Positions 1 through 7,737 of a stretch of 12,949 bases of DNA are shown piece after piece. The notes under the pieces were generated by a model. That model saw nothing but the letters and a program-made list of their open reading frames with translations, was not told the origin of the DNA and made no database searches. The stretch covers positions 1-12,949 of the forward strand of contig NW_021826360.1 in NCBI RefSeq assembly GCF_006345805.1, written 5' to 3'. Made by a program: the position numbers and the translations under genes. Position 1 is the first letter of the stretch. Each line of letters begins with the position of its first letter. This DNA is from Octopus sinensis (taxonomy: Eukaryota).

Positions 1-56
1 GCGGTGCCTTAGCGTGCCGCAATCCAATGTCTGAAACAAGTAAAGGATAGAAGATT
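1..56 (+). mobile_element. 3' tail fragment of a SINE (same family as 2188-2545)
   Basis: GGTGCCTTAGCGTGCCGCAATCCAATGTCTGAAACAAGTAAAGGATAG aligns by eye (roughly 70%) with the reverse complement of ~2205-2256 (GGTGCCCCAGCATGGTCGCGATCTAGTGACTGAGAGAAAATAAAAGATA). It ends in an A-rich tail and is cut by the window edge. Confidence 0.5.
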
Positions 57-66
57 AAACTAAATA

Positions 67-86
67 TACAGTAATCCCTCGACTAT
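67..86 (+). mobile_element. Lone pogo/Tigger-like terminal inverted repeat remnant
   Basis: TA followed by CAGTAATCCCTCG (69-81) resembles pogo/Tigger termini (CAGT...CCTCG after a TA target). I found no partner end in the window. Confidence 0.35.
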
Positions 87-192
87 AGTACTCCAAACAC
101 CATGATGTTAACTGGATGTTTGATTTTTACCACTCTTGGTACATGCTCTCAGATTGCACTGTCCTCAGATTGACACCCAAACACTCCGAAAT
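87..192. repeat. 106-bp direct repeat, copy 1 (copy 2 at 717-822)
   Basis: AGTACTCCAAACAC...ACACTCCGAAAT matches 717-822 at offset 630 with 5 mismatches, all transitions. Confidence 0.95.
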
Positions 193-303
193 TCATAACT
201 GTCATCTAAATTACGCAAAAATGAAAATTACACTGACATCTCATTTTAACAGATATTTCCACCAAAATTACATAGAAATATCTTTAAATAGTAAAGAGTA
301 AAT

Positions 304-903
304 TTATTCAATAAAATCACCATTGGCTTCAATCAGCCTCCAGACGACTTAAGAATCTCCTGTAATTCTTCTGGACAGTCTCCTTGTTTAAGATGGTGAA
401 TGCTGCCATAATCCTTGCTTTCAGTTCTTTGATGTTACAAGGCGTTTTGTTGGTCTGTCGTTCAACTTCACCCCACACATAATAGTCAAAGGGTTTGAAG
501 ACTGGGGAGTTGTCGCAGAAATTGTCTGAGTCATGACTGAGTTATCTTGCTTGTGTGGCATAATACAGAGTCCTTTTTACCAGACATAGAGTCTCAGTAG
601 CCACCCTCGTGACCCAGGGCAACACCACCTCCTCCAGGCACTTGATGTACGCCTCCGTGTTGAGTGTGAGGCCGTGTAGGAAGATGAATGGAGGCATAAT
701 GTTGCCATCACTAGTGAGTACTCCAAACACTATGGTGTTAACTGGATGTTTGATTTTTATCACTCTTGGTACATGCTCTCAGATTGCACTGTCCTCAAAT
801 TGACACCCAAACACTCTGAAATGTTCATATTAGAGCTTCCGGCGCAAGTGCCAAGCAGTACCACATGTCATTTCTAAATTTCTGGTAGAGTGAATTGCGT
901 CAT
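304..903 (-). pseudogene. Degenerate maT/DD37D-like transposase
   Basis: Manual minus-strand translation: N-terminus MTQFTLPEI*K*HVVLLGTCAGSSNMNISECLGVNLRTVQ (HTH-like; ATG at 903-901), then a deletion junction and frameshift, HVPRVIKIKHPVNTIVFGVLTSDGNIMPPFIFLHGLTLNTEAYIKCLEEVVLPWVTRVA..., YVW*, KDSVLCHTSKITQS*, NSPVFKPFDYYVWGEVERQTNKTPCNIKELKARIMAAF..., IEANGDFIE* (stop 304-306). These match the mariner-type 'QQDSAPxH' and 'SPDxNPxDY' catalytic regions. Multiple stops and frameshifts. Confidence 0.85.
717..822. repeat. 106-bp direct repeat, copy 2 (inside the transposase relic)
   Basis: About 95% identical to 87-192. Confidence 0.95.
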
Positions 904-979
904 GGTGGTGTTTTTCTCACAGACGGTGCCCAACTGTCCCTACTATACTGTGTAGTTGAAAAAAGCAAAAACAAAACAA

Positions 980-1013
980 TGCGCATGCGCTTCATTAAAA
1001 ATATAAAATGGCG
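980..1013. promoter_or_regulatory. NRF1-type palindrome and YY1-type motif in the transposon 5' subterminal region
   Basis: TGCGCATGCGC at 980-990 and AAAATGGCG at 1005-1013, about 80-110 bp upstream of the transposase ATG. Motif match only. Confidence 0.4.
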
Positions 1014-1084
1014 ACAGTTTCCATGACATAACTAAACTTTGTGTGTAAATATGTTAATGTCAGTGTTGTGCATTTGTTGGCATG

Positions 1085-1560
1085 ACACAACTGAGCTTTG
1101 TGTGTGTGTAAGTATATGTAAATGCGTGTGTGTATATGTATGCGTTTATATTACACAACTGAGCTTTGTGTGTGTGTAAGTATATGTAAATGCGTGTGTG
1201 TATATGTATGCGTTTATATTACACAACTGAGCTTTGTGTGTGTGTGTGTAAGTATATGTAAATGCGTGTGTATATGTGTGTGTATGTATGCGTTTATATT
1301 ACACAACTGAGCTTTGTGTGTGTATGTGTGTGTGTAAGTATATGTAAATGCGTGTGTGTTTGTGTGTGTATGTATGCGTTTATATTACACAACTGAGCTT
1401 TGTATGTGTGTGTAAGTATATGTAAATGCACGTGTGTATGTGTGTGTATGTATGCGTTTATATTACACAACTGAGCTTTGTGTGTGCGTGTGTAAGTATA
1501 TATAAATGCGTGTGTGTATGCATGCGTTTATATTACACAACTGAGCTTTGTATGTGTGTA
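1085..1560. repeat. Compound minisatellite, 7 units
   Basis: ACACAACTGAGCTTTG starts at 1085, 1153, 1221, 1301, 1387, 1465 and 1535 (periods 68, 68, 80, 86, 78, 70). Constant blocks are separated by variable (TG)n. Degenerate units lie near 1025 and 1755. Confidence 0.95.
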
Positions 1561-1640
1561 CGAGTGTGTGTGTATGTAAGTATTTATGTATACAGGTATG
1601 TTAATGAGTATCTACCAGTAATTATGTATGTTAGAACGTT

Positions 1641-1671
<31 letters not shown>

Positions 1672-2187
1672 TGGCTAGGTTATCTTGCCTGTATGGCATG
1701 GCGCAGACTAAGCTAATGCATGCTTGTGTGAGTGCGTGTATGTATGTACCTGTATGACACAATTGAACTTCATATATGTTTACAATGTATGTGTGTACAT
1801 TTTGTTGTTTAGAATACGTCTCTCTGTATGATTGCGTGACTGTGCGCGCGCCCGTGATTGAGTGTGTGTGTTTGTGTACACGTGTGATCGTGCGATTGCG
1901 TTTGTATAAGGATATGTGTGTGTATAGAGGTATATGTGTGTGTGTGTGTGTGTGTGTTGTGTGGTGAAACCCTGATATACGATATTTACTTAATTTTCGT
2001 TTGTTGGTTTCTGTCTTAATGAACATTCCATATCAACTTGCACAATCTAATTAACTCTAGTGAGGTACTGGACTGCTTCTGACCTACATATTAGGAACAC
2101 ACAGACACATGTAATGACATGCAAAAACAAAAATTAAAAAAAAAAAAAACACTACACACAGACTCGCGCGCACGATGCACATCGCAC

Positions 2188-2545
2188 ATCTTTATCTTAG
2201 TATCATTTATCTTTTATTTCTCTCAGTCACTAGATCGCGACCATGCTGGGGCACCTTCAAAAATTTTTAGTCAAATGGCTCAACCCCAGTACCTATTATT
2301 TTTAAGCCTGGTACTTATATCGTTATCTTTTGCTGAACCGCTAAGTTATGGCGACGTAAACACAGGTTGTCAAGAAATGGTGGGGAACAAACACACGCAC
2401 AAAGACACACACACACACACATATCGGTCTTGTCGGTCTCTTTAACTGAACTGTTGAGTTACGGGGACGTAAACAAACGAAACACCAACACCGGTTGTCA
2501 AGCGCTGGTGGGTGACAAACAGAAACACAAAGACACATATATGTA
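2188..2545 (-). mobile_element. 3' half of a SINE with a tandemly duplicated internal domain
   Basis: Two copies of CTGAAC..AGTTA(T/C)GG(C/G)GACGTAAACA..GGTTGTCAAG..TGGTGGG..ACAAAC..CACAAAGACAC (2318-2420 and ~2422-2542). The tail at 2188-2256 matches 1-56 in reverse. Confidence 0.65.
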
Positions 2546-2580
2546 CAAGAATGCCGGAGGTAGAGTGATATGCTTTATCG

Positions 2581-2825
2581 TTAAAACTGAAAAACATCAC
2601 AAAAATATCACCAAAAACTACTACTCAAAGTTTTACGTTCTCCTTTGTCGGATAGTTTTGTGTGTGTGTATGTGTTTGTTTGTGTATGTCTGTGTTTATG
2701 TGTGCGCGCGTGCCTATGAAGGTGCATGGCTCAGTGGTTAGAGTGCCACAACAGTTTTCTCAATCAAAACCGCTCAGAACGTGAAACTCTAAGTGACAGT
2801 TTTTGGTGATGTTTTGCAGCTTTAA
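2581..2825. mobile_element. TTAA-flanked MITE, Kolobok-like
   Basis: TTAA at 2581-2584 and 2822-2825. Imperfect ~50-bp inverted arms (2585-2641 and 2776-2821): AACTGAAAAACATCAC..CAAAAACTACTACTCAAAGTTTTACGTTCT versus the reverse complement AGCTGCAAAACATCACCAAAAACTGTCACTTAGAGTTTCACGTTCT. Termini are AA...CT (RR...YY). Confidence 0.55.
2717..2745 (+). mobile_element. Isolated tRNA-derived SINE head (A box only)
   Basis: TGAAGGTGCATGGCTCAGTGGTTAGAGTG carries a perfect A box TGGCTCAGTGG (2727-2737). It resembles the head of the 8837-9147 element. No B box follows. Confidence 0.6.
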
Positions 2826-2827
2826 AG

Positions 2828-2869
<42 letters not shown>
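2828..2869. repeat. (TA)n microsatellite
   Basis: Direct inspection. Confidence 0.95.
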
Positions 2870-2870
<1 letters not shown>

Positions 2871-2871
<1 letters not shown>

Positions 2872-2970
2872 CCTGCTCACTCAGCCAGCGGGGTGGCGTT
2901 ATTTGAAGGCTAAAACAATGCGAAGCGCATTGTGACCAGCGATATGTAGCAACATCTGATAGCCTGGTCG
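2871..2970 (+). mobile_element. Probable retroposon 3' segment with stem-loops
   Basis: A roughly 50% GC island between microsatellites, with hairpin ACAATGCG-AAG-CGCATTGT (2915-2933) and GACCAG/CTGGTC (2934-2939 / 2964-2969). The family assignment is from recollection only. Confidence 0.35.
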
Positions 2971-2989
2971 AAAAGAGAAAGAGAGATAA

Positions 2990-3052
2990 GATATATATAT
3001 ATATATATATTATTATACATACACACACATATATAATGTATATCTATATACA

Positions 3053-3084
<32 letters not shown>

Positions 3085-3180
3085 CATTTAAATTCAGACA
3101 CAAAAGAGAGAAGAAAACATAGAGAAAGAGAGTCACAGACAGAAAGATAGAGAAACACAGACAGACAGACAGACAGACAG
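2990..3180. repeat. Compound microsatellite (TA, CA, CATA, GA, GACA)
   Basis: Direct inspection. Confidence 0.9.
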
Positions 3181-3464
3181 AGTAAGTTAATAAAAAGGAT
3201 ATCAGAATTTACGATTCCCTTATTTCAGGTATCAGAATTCAACAACCGCAAGAAGTTTACGAGGTAAAAGAGCTGGCAAGAGTTTATCGCTAGTTTAAGA
3301 TAACGATGCAAGCGCCACCCTGCGGCATGTATGTTTTATCAACGATTTTTGTTAAAAATAATAAGCATGGGTTATCTTTCGCAACCTACCGAACATAACT
3401 TTCTCAGTCTCCCACCATCATTCCCACCTTTTCCTCACCCCTTCTCCTATCCCTAAATTAAGTG

Positions 3465-3537
3465 CATGTATATGTATATATGTGTGTGTATGCATGCATA
3501 TCTATGCATATAAATATATGCTGTATATGTTATATAA

Positions 3538-3577
<40 letters not shown>

Positions 3578-3656
3578 TAATATAATAATATAATACATAC
3601 ATATATATACATATATATATACATATAGATATATGTATATATATTATATACATATA

Positions 3657-3719
<63 letters not shown>

Positions 3720-3848
3720 TATATATATGTTATATATATATATATATAAGAAGATAGAATATATGAATATGTAATGTGTGTATGTATGCATATATATGTC
3801 TTTCGCGTGATATATACATATGCATGTATGTATGTTTGTATGTTTACA

Positions 3849-3881
<33 letters not shown>

Positions 3882-3960
3882 CATATACATGCGCATGCAC
3901 ACACACACACACACGCGTATGTGTTTGTATGTACTTGCATCTGTTTGAAAGCGCATACAC
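3465..3960. repeat. Long imperfect (TA)n / (TG/CA)n tract
   Basis: Direct inspection. It explains the YI-rich ORFs. Confidence 0.95.
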
Positions 3961-4351
3961 ATAACAAATTCCGGTATTTAAGCAATTTCATGTTTATATT
4001 TGTATATGAAGAGATATTACGATCGTTATCTTTATGATTTAATCCTTAGATTCCTTTCAATAAAACAAAGATCCCATTTCTAATAAAGCCACCAAAATTT
4101 ACATCGCTAGAAACTACAAATAATGATAAGGTGGTACACAATGGTATTTAGTAAGGTTTTGTATATTTACTCTCCTCCGATTACTTAATCAATTCGCTAT
4201 GTGCACACTTGATACTCACTTTTTATGCCTGAAAAGCCCAGCTTTTCGTGACTTTCACGTAACTATGAAGTAGTGGAACTAATTTTACCATTAATTTTTG
4301 TATAGATGCCGATTTGTTATTCTGAGATGTAATTTTTAGCACAGATTCTCT

Positions 4352-4358
4352 ATGTATG

Positions 4359-4392
<34 letters not shown>

Positions 4393-4617
4393 TGTATGTA
4401 TGTATGTGTGTATGTATGTATGTATGTATGTTTGTATGCATGTACGTATGCATGTATGTATGTTTGTATGCATACATGTTGTATGTTTGTATGTATGTAT
4501 GTTTTATGTATGTATGTATGTTTTTATGTATATATGTATGTTTGTATGTATGTATGTATGTTTGTATGTATGTATGTATGTATGTATGCCTACATGCATG
4601 TATGTAGGTATATACAT
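4352..4617. repeat. (TATG)n tetranucleotide microsatellite
   Basis: Direct inspection. It explains the MYVC-repeat ORFs in all frames. Confidence 0.97.
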
Positions 4618-4896
4618 GGTTCTATTTTCTCTTCAGCGTTAATTTTGACCGGCAACTTCCTTGTTAGCAGAGTTTTGAAAGAAAACATCTTGTTTCCGTT
4701 ATCATCCTTTCGTCATTCGCACGTACCGTGTTTGCTACACTCACCCACCTTGTATTGAATCTTTCATGAGACAAAACTTGCCTCTCTATTCTCACCTTCC
4801 TTTTCAAATGGTACTTGAAAAAGTTGATGAGCGATTGGCCAGAGAGGAAAGTGTTTGTCTCTAAACCTTTCGCTCGAGCCCACCACACACATTCTT

Positions 4897-5047
4897 GCAC
4901 AAGGTCTCAAACTTGGGGGAAGGGATTAAGTCGATCACATCGATCCCAGTGCGTAACTGATACTTATTTAATCGAACCTGAAAAGATGATAGACAAAATC
5001 GACCTCGGCGGTATTTGAACTTAGAACGTAGCGGTAGACGAAATACC
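4897..5047 (-). mobile_element. tRNA-derived SINE family A, 5'-truncated copy
   Basis: Aligns with 5095-5220. B box retained (rc of TTTGAACT). The sequence ends at GAAATACC, the 3' arm of the head hairpin. Confidence 0.9.
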
Positions 5048-5269
5048 TATTTCTTTACTACCCACAAGGGCTAAACAAAGAAGGGACAGACAAACGTATT
5101 AAGTCGATTATATCGACCCCAGTGCGTAACTGGTACTTATTTAATCGACCCCGAAAGGATGAAAGGCAAAGTCGACCTCGGCGGAATTTGAACTCAGAAC
5201 GTAGCGGCAGGCGAAATACCGCTAAGCATTTCGCCCGGCGTGTTAACGATTCTGCCAGCTCACTGTCTT
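5048..5269 (-). mobile_element. tRNA-derived SINE family A, full-length copy
   Basis: Minus strand: A-box-like TGGCAGAATCG, hairpin, B box GAGTTCAAATTCC, central block GCCTTTCATCCTTTCGGGGTCGAT..AAGTACCAG (recalled as a Meta/MESC-like conserved SINE domain, unverified), tail ...CCTTGTGGGTAGTAAAGAAATA. Roughly 88-90% like 9912-10144 by eye. Confidence 0.92.
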
Positions 5270-5274
5270 AAACG

Positions 5275-5348
5275 ATAACAACAACAACAATAATAATAAT
5301 AATGATAATTATAATAACAACAACAACATGAACAACAATAATAATAAT
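5275..5348. repeat. (AAC)/(AAT) microsatellite
   Basis: Direct inspection. Confidence 0.9.
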
Positions 5349-5411
5349 CCATGGATGGAATTTATATATAGCGATGTATTAAAATATTTATGAATTCCAT
5401 CCATGGATTAT
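5344..5411. repeat. Perfect 19-bp inverted repeat / 68-nt hairpin
   Basis: ATAATCCATGGATGGAATT (5344-5362) is the exact reverse complement of AATTCCATCCATGGATTAT (5393-5411). The stem extends to ~27 bp with 2 mismatches. Confidence 0.9.
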
Positions 5412-5899
5412 ATTTTTGTTATTACTACATTTATATATATATATATATATTATATATATATATATATATATTTGTAAAAAAATGAAGTTCGAAAATGCTG
5501 CTATATTATACAATTTTAATTTTTATATATACATTTATAACATGTTTCAGTTCCTGAAATGAACCTTATCAAAAAGAGTTATATATAAAAAAAGACAGCT
5601 CATGCCGTCAAACACAAGAAATTCATTTATAATACACAACGGAGTCAGACATCTTTAAAGTTCAAATATAGTTTGAAGTAAGTTCATTCATGCTATATGT
5701 TCAAAGTGTTCGATGTAGTGGCCCACGGTGACGATACGTATTCAATACAAAAAACAGATCAAAGTGGTGGAAAGTAGTCAATACAGAAGATTGATGTTCC
5801 CGAAAGAGCGAGGAATTCATTTTTACCTTGAGCAATTGTGATGACCCATGGTGGATGTTCGCTGGGTGATTCTAGTGAGTCTTGTGAGTTGTTCGGGTT

Positions 5900-6030
5900 T
5901 ATATATGTATATATATATATACATACATACATACATACATACATACATACATACACACACATATGTGTATATATATATACACCACCATATATATGTGTGT
6001 GTGTTTGAGTAAATATATATGTATGTATGT
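5900..6030. repeat. Compound (TA)/(CATA)/(TG) microsatellite
   Basis: Direct inspection. Confidence 0.9.
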
Positions 6031-6193
6031 ATACGACGGCTATTCTCACAGTGTCCGTCTATGAAATTCACTCACCAGGCATTGGCCGGCCTGTAGAAAG
6101 TACTTACCCAAGGTTCTGCATAGCGGGGCTGAACTCGAAACCATAGGGTTGCAAATCGACTCTTTTAGCAACACAACAACCATACCTGCGCCT
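6031..6193 (-). mobile_element. tRNA-derived SINE 5' half with CORE-like domain (family B)
   Basis: Minus strand: head AGGCGCAGGTATGGTTGTTGTGTTG.., B-box region GGTTTCGAGTTCAGCCC (6126-6142), then ACCTTGGGTAAGTACTT, resembling the CORE motif ACCTTGGGCAAGTCACTT. It ends in a TA/CATA microsatellite. Confidence 0.7.
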
Positions 6194-6835
6194 ATTACAG
6201 GCGCAAATTTTAAACAGCCAAATAAATAAATAAACATATAATAAGATAAAATTTAAAACCACAACAAATCTAAGTATCAATATTGAACTCCGCACGTGTT
6301 GCTTGCCGATTGACACCGACAGCAAAATTCACCGGTTCAAGTCTCGTCGGCGGAAGCCTGTTTTTTGCCTTAAATTTTCATCACCGTCTTTCAGATACGA
6401 TGTTTAATAATGTTTAGTATCAGTGTAATAGCTTTATGAAGTCACCGTTTTGTCGATGTAGCCTCGTTTCTGTTTTAAATTAGAATTAAGGATAATGTTT
6501 GCCCTACTGAATAAGTTTAGTTTAGTTAATTAGCAATGATGGTCTTTTAATTGAAAATGGAGTCAGGAAGTACCCCAGAGCTAACCTCATCGTCTTATTT
6601 AACTTGCCAAATAAATAAAAAAATAAACTAAAAAATCAAACCTTCGCTCATATTCTTTCACTAACGCCTCCCCGACCACCATGTTTTACGCCATATTTTT
6701 TTTGTTTCCTTTCCTTTTTTATATGCTTTTTTTGTTTTTTTTTGTTTTTGTTTTTATGAAACGGGAGTAGGGAAGAGGTGATTCTTTTTCGTTTTCTTTC
6801 TTTTCTCCTTCCGTTCTTCTTTGCTTTCCTTCCAA

Positions 6836-7065
6836 TACACACACACACACACACGCATATATATATGCCTGTATGTATATATATATATATATATATATAT
6901 ACATACGCGTGAGCCCTCACACATAAGTATATATATGTATATATATGTACATACATATATACATATATGTGTGTGTGCGTGTACATACAAATAAAACAAA
7001 CGAATACACATCATGCAAAACACGCACGCACACACACAGACACACACACACACACATACACATAC
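6836..7065. repeat. Compound (CA)/(TA)/(TG) microsatellites
   Basis: Direct inspection. Confidence 0.85.
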
Positions 7066-7134
7066 GTAAACGCTACGGAGTAACGGAATCTGTTGTGGTG
7101 AGCAAAAATATCTGGCGCCACGCAGTCAAGGTCC

Positions 7135-7285
7135 TTTACGTTTCCAAGTTCAAATCCCATCGGGGGTTGACTTTGATTGCCCCAATTTTTTTAATCTGTT
7201 CTGATTCAAATCCCAACAGGGGTCCATTTTCCCCTTTTCATCTTTCCGGGTTCAATAAAATGTGTACCAATCAAGTACTCAAGTA
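7135..7285 (+). mobile_element. Two adjacent old, degenerate family-A SINE fragments
   Basis: TTACGTTTCCAAGTTCAAATCCCATCGGGGGTTGACTTTG (7136-7175) and TGTTCTGATTCAAATCCCAACAGGGGTCC..CCTTTTCATCTTTCCGGGTTCAATAAAATGTGTACCA (7198-7270) align with the B box and central block of 9912-10144. Confidence 0.65.
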
Positions 7286-7644
7286 CGGAGTACTTTACAC
7301 CAGCTCTCTGCTGTAATTTAGAGGATTTTTGTCTCTGTTACATATCCTTATTTATTCAAGCAACAAGAGATTGTCTACGCGTTGCTTAACATGCTAGAAA
7401 TAGCAGACAAATGTCTCATAAAGCACGTCTCCTTTATAATTACTCCATGTAACAAAATTTTTTAAAAATTTACTTTTTGTCTTTGGTCCGAAAATTTTAT
7501 TCCCTATTTGCTTCTATTCAGGAATCAAAGGAAATGACTACTATTCCCTTCACACTTTGCTTTTTTGATCTGGACATCAAATGTTTAGAAACTGACATAT
7601 TTTCCATTACATTTCAGATAGATTAAGTGCTTTGTTGCTGAAGA

Positions 7645-7684
7645 AGAATTTTCTAGAATTTTCTTGAACTTTCTAGAATGTTCT
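7645..7684. promoter_or_regulatory. Heat-shock element (HSF binding site), 8 contiguous alternating nGAAn pentamers
   Basis: aGAAt tTTCt aGAAt tTTCt tGAAc tTTCt aGAAt gTTCt. All 24 core positions are intact, and the three differences between the four 10-mers fall only on n positions. Confidence 0.88.
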
Positions 7685-7701
7685 GACAACATAGATCGCA
7701 G

Positions 7702-7709
7702 TATAAATA
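7702..7709 (+). promoter_or_regulatory. TATA box
   Basis: TATAAATA lies 17 bp downstream of the HSE and starts 32 nt upstream of the Inr A (7734). Confidence 0.8.
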
Positions 7710-7731
7710 CAGGGAATGTAAGCTCAACAGT

Positions 7732-7737
7732 TCAGTT
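7732..7737 (+). promoter_or_regulatory. Initiator (TCAGTT); predicted TSS ~7734
   Basis: Matches the protostome Inr consensus TCAKTY at canonical spacing from the TATA box. Confidence 0.65.

Larger units (their letters stand above)
193..1020 (-). mobile_element. Internally deleted, non-autonomous Tc1/mariner (maT/DD37D-like) DNA transposon
   Basis: Contains the transposase pseudogene. Short residual inverted ends are present: AACTGTC at ~198 and GACAGTT at ~1013-1019. The outer TIR portions appear lost. Confidence 0.8.

Noticed and set aside
1085-1560. CRISPR-like pattern of a constant repeat with variable spacers
   Set aside because: The spacers are near-identical microsatellite blocks, there are no cas genes, and the context is eukaryotic.
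1122-2026. ORFs of 62-128 aa rich in C/V/Y/M or H/T
   Set aside because: Read-through of the minisatellite and TG/TATG repeats, which lack stop codons.
4220-4350. Minus-strand exon ending at a GTGAGT donor (4219), plus twin small hairpins at 4231-4259
   Set aside because: All frames hit stops before the donor, the acceptor lies in a CATA repeat, and 5-7 bp stems are expected by chance.
3453-4758. Overlapping YI- and MYVC-repeat ORFs up to 169 aa
   Set aside because: (TA)n and (TATG)n translate openly in several frames on both strands; no protein-like complexity.
4637-4900. Unique segment after a good acceptor (TTCTATTTTCTCTTCAG), and 78-aa minus ORF
   Set aside because: No recognisable domain, no convincing donor, and early stops in two frames.
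4897-5269. Retrozyme (ribozyme-containing tandem retroelement)
   Set aside because: I found no hammerhead CUGANGA/GAAA pair, HDV-like or twister core by eye on either strand. An Infernal/RNAmotif scan would be needed to exclude this fully.
6331-6366. B box GGTTCAAGTCT followed by GGCGGAAGC and T6, resembling a tRNA 3' half with a Pol III terminator
   Set aside because: The T stem is mismatched, and no A box or complementary acceptor 5' strand was found upstream. At most a relic.
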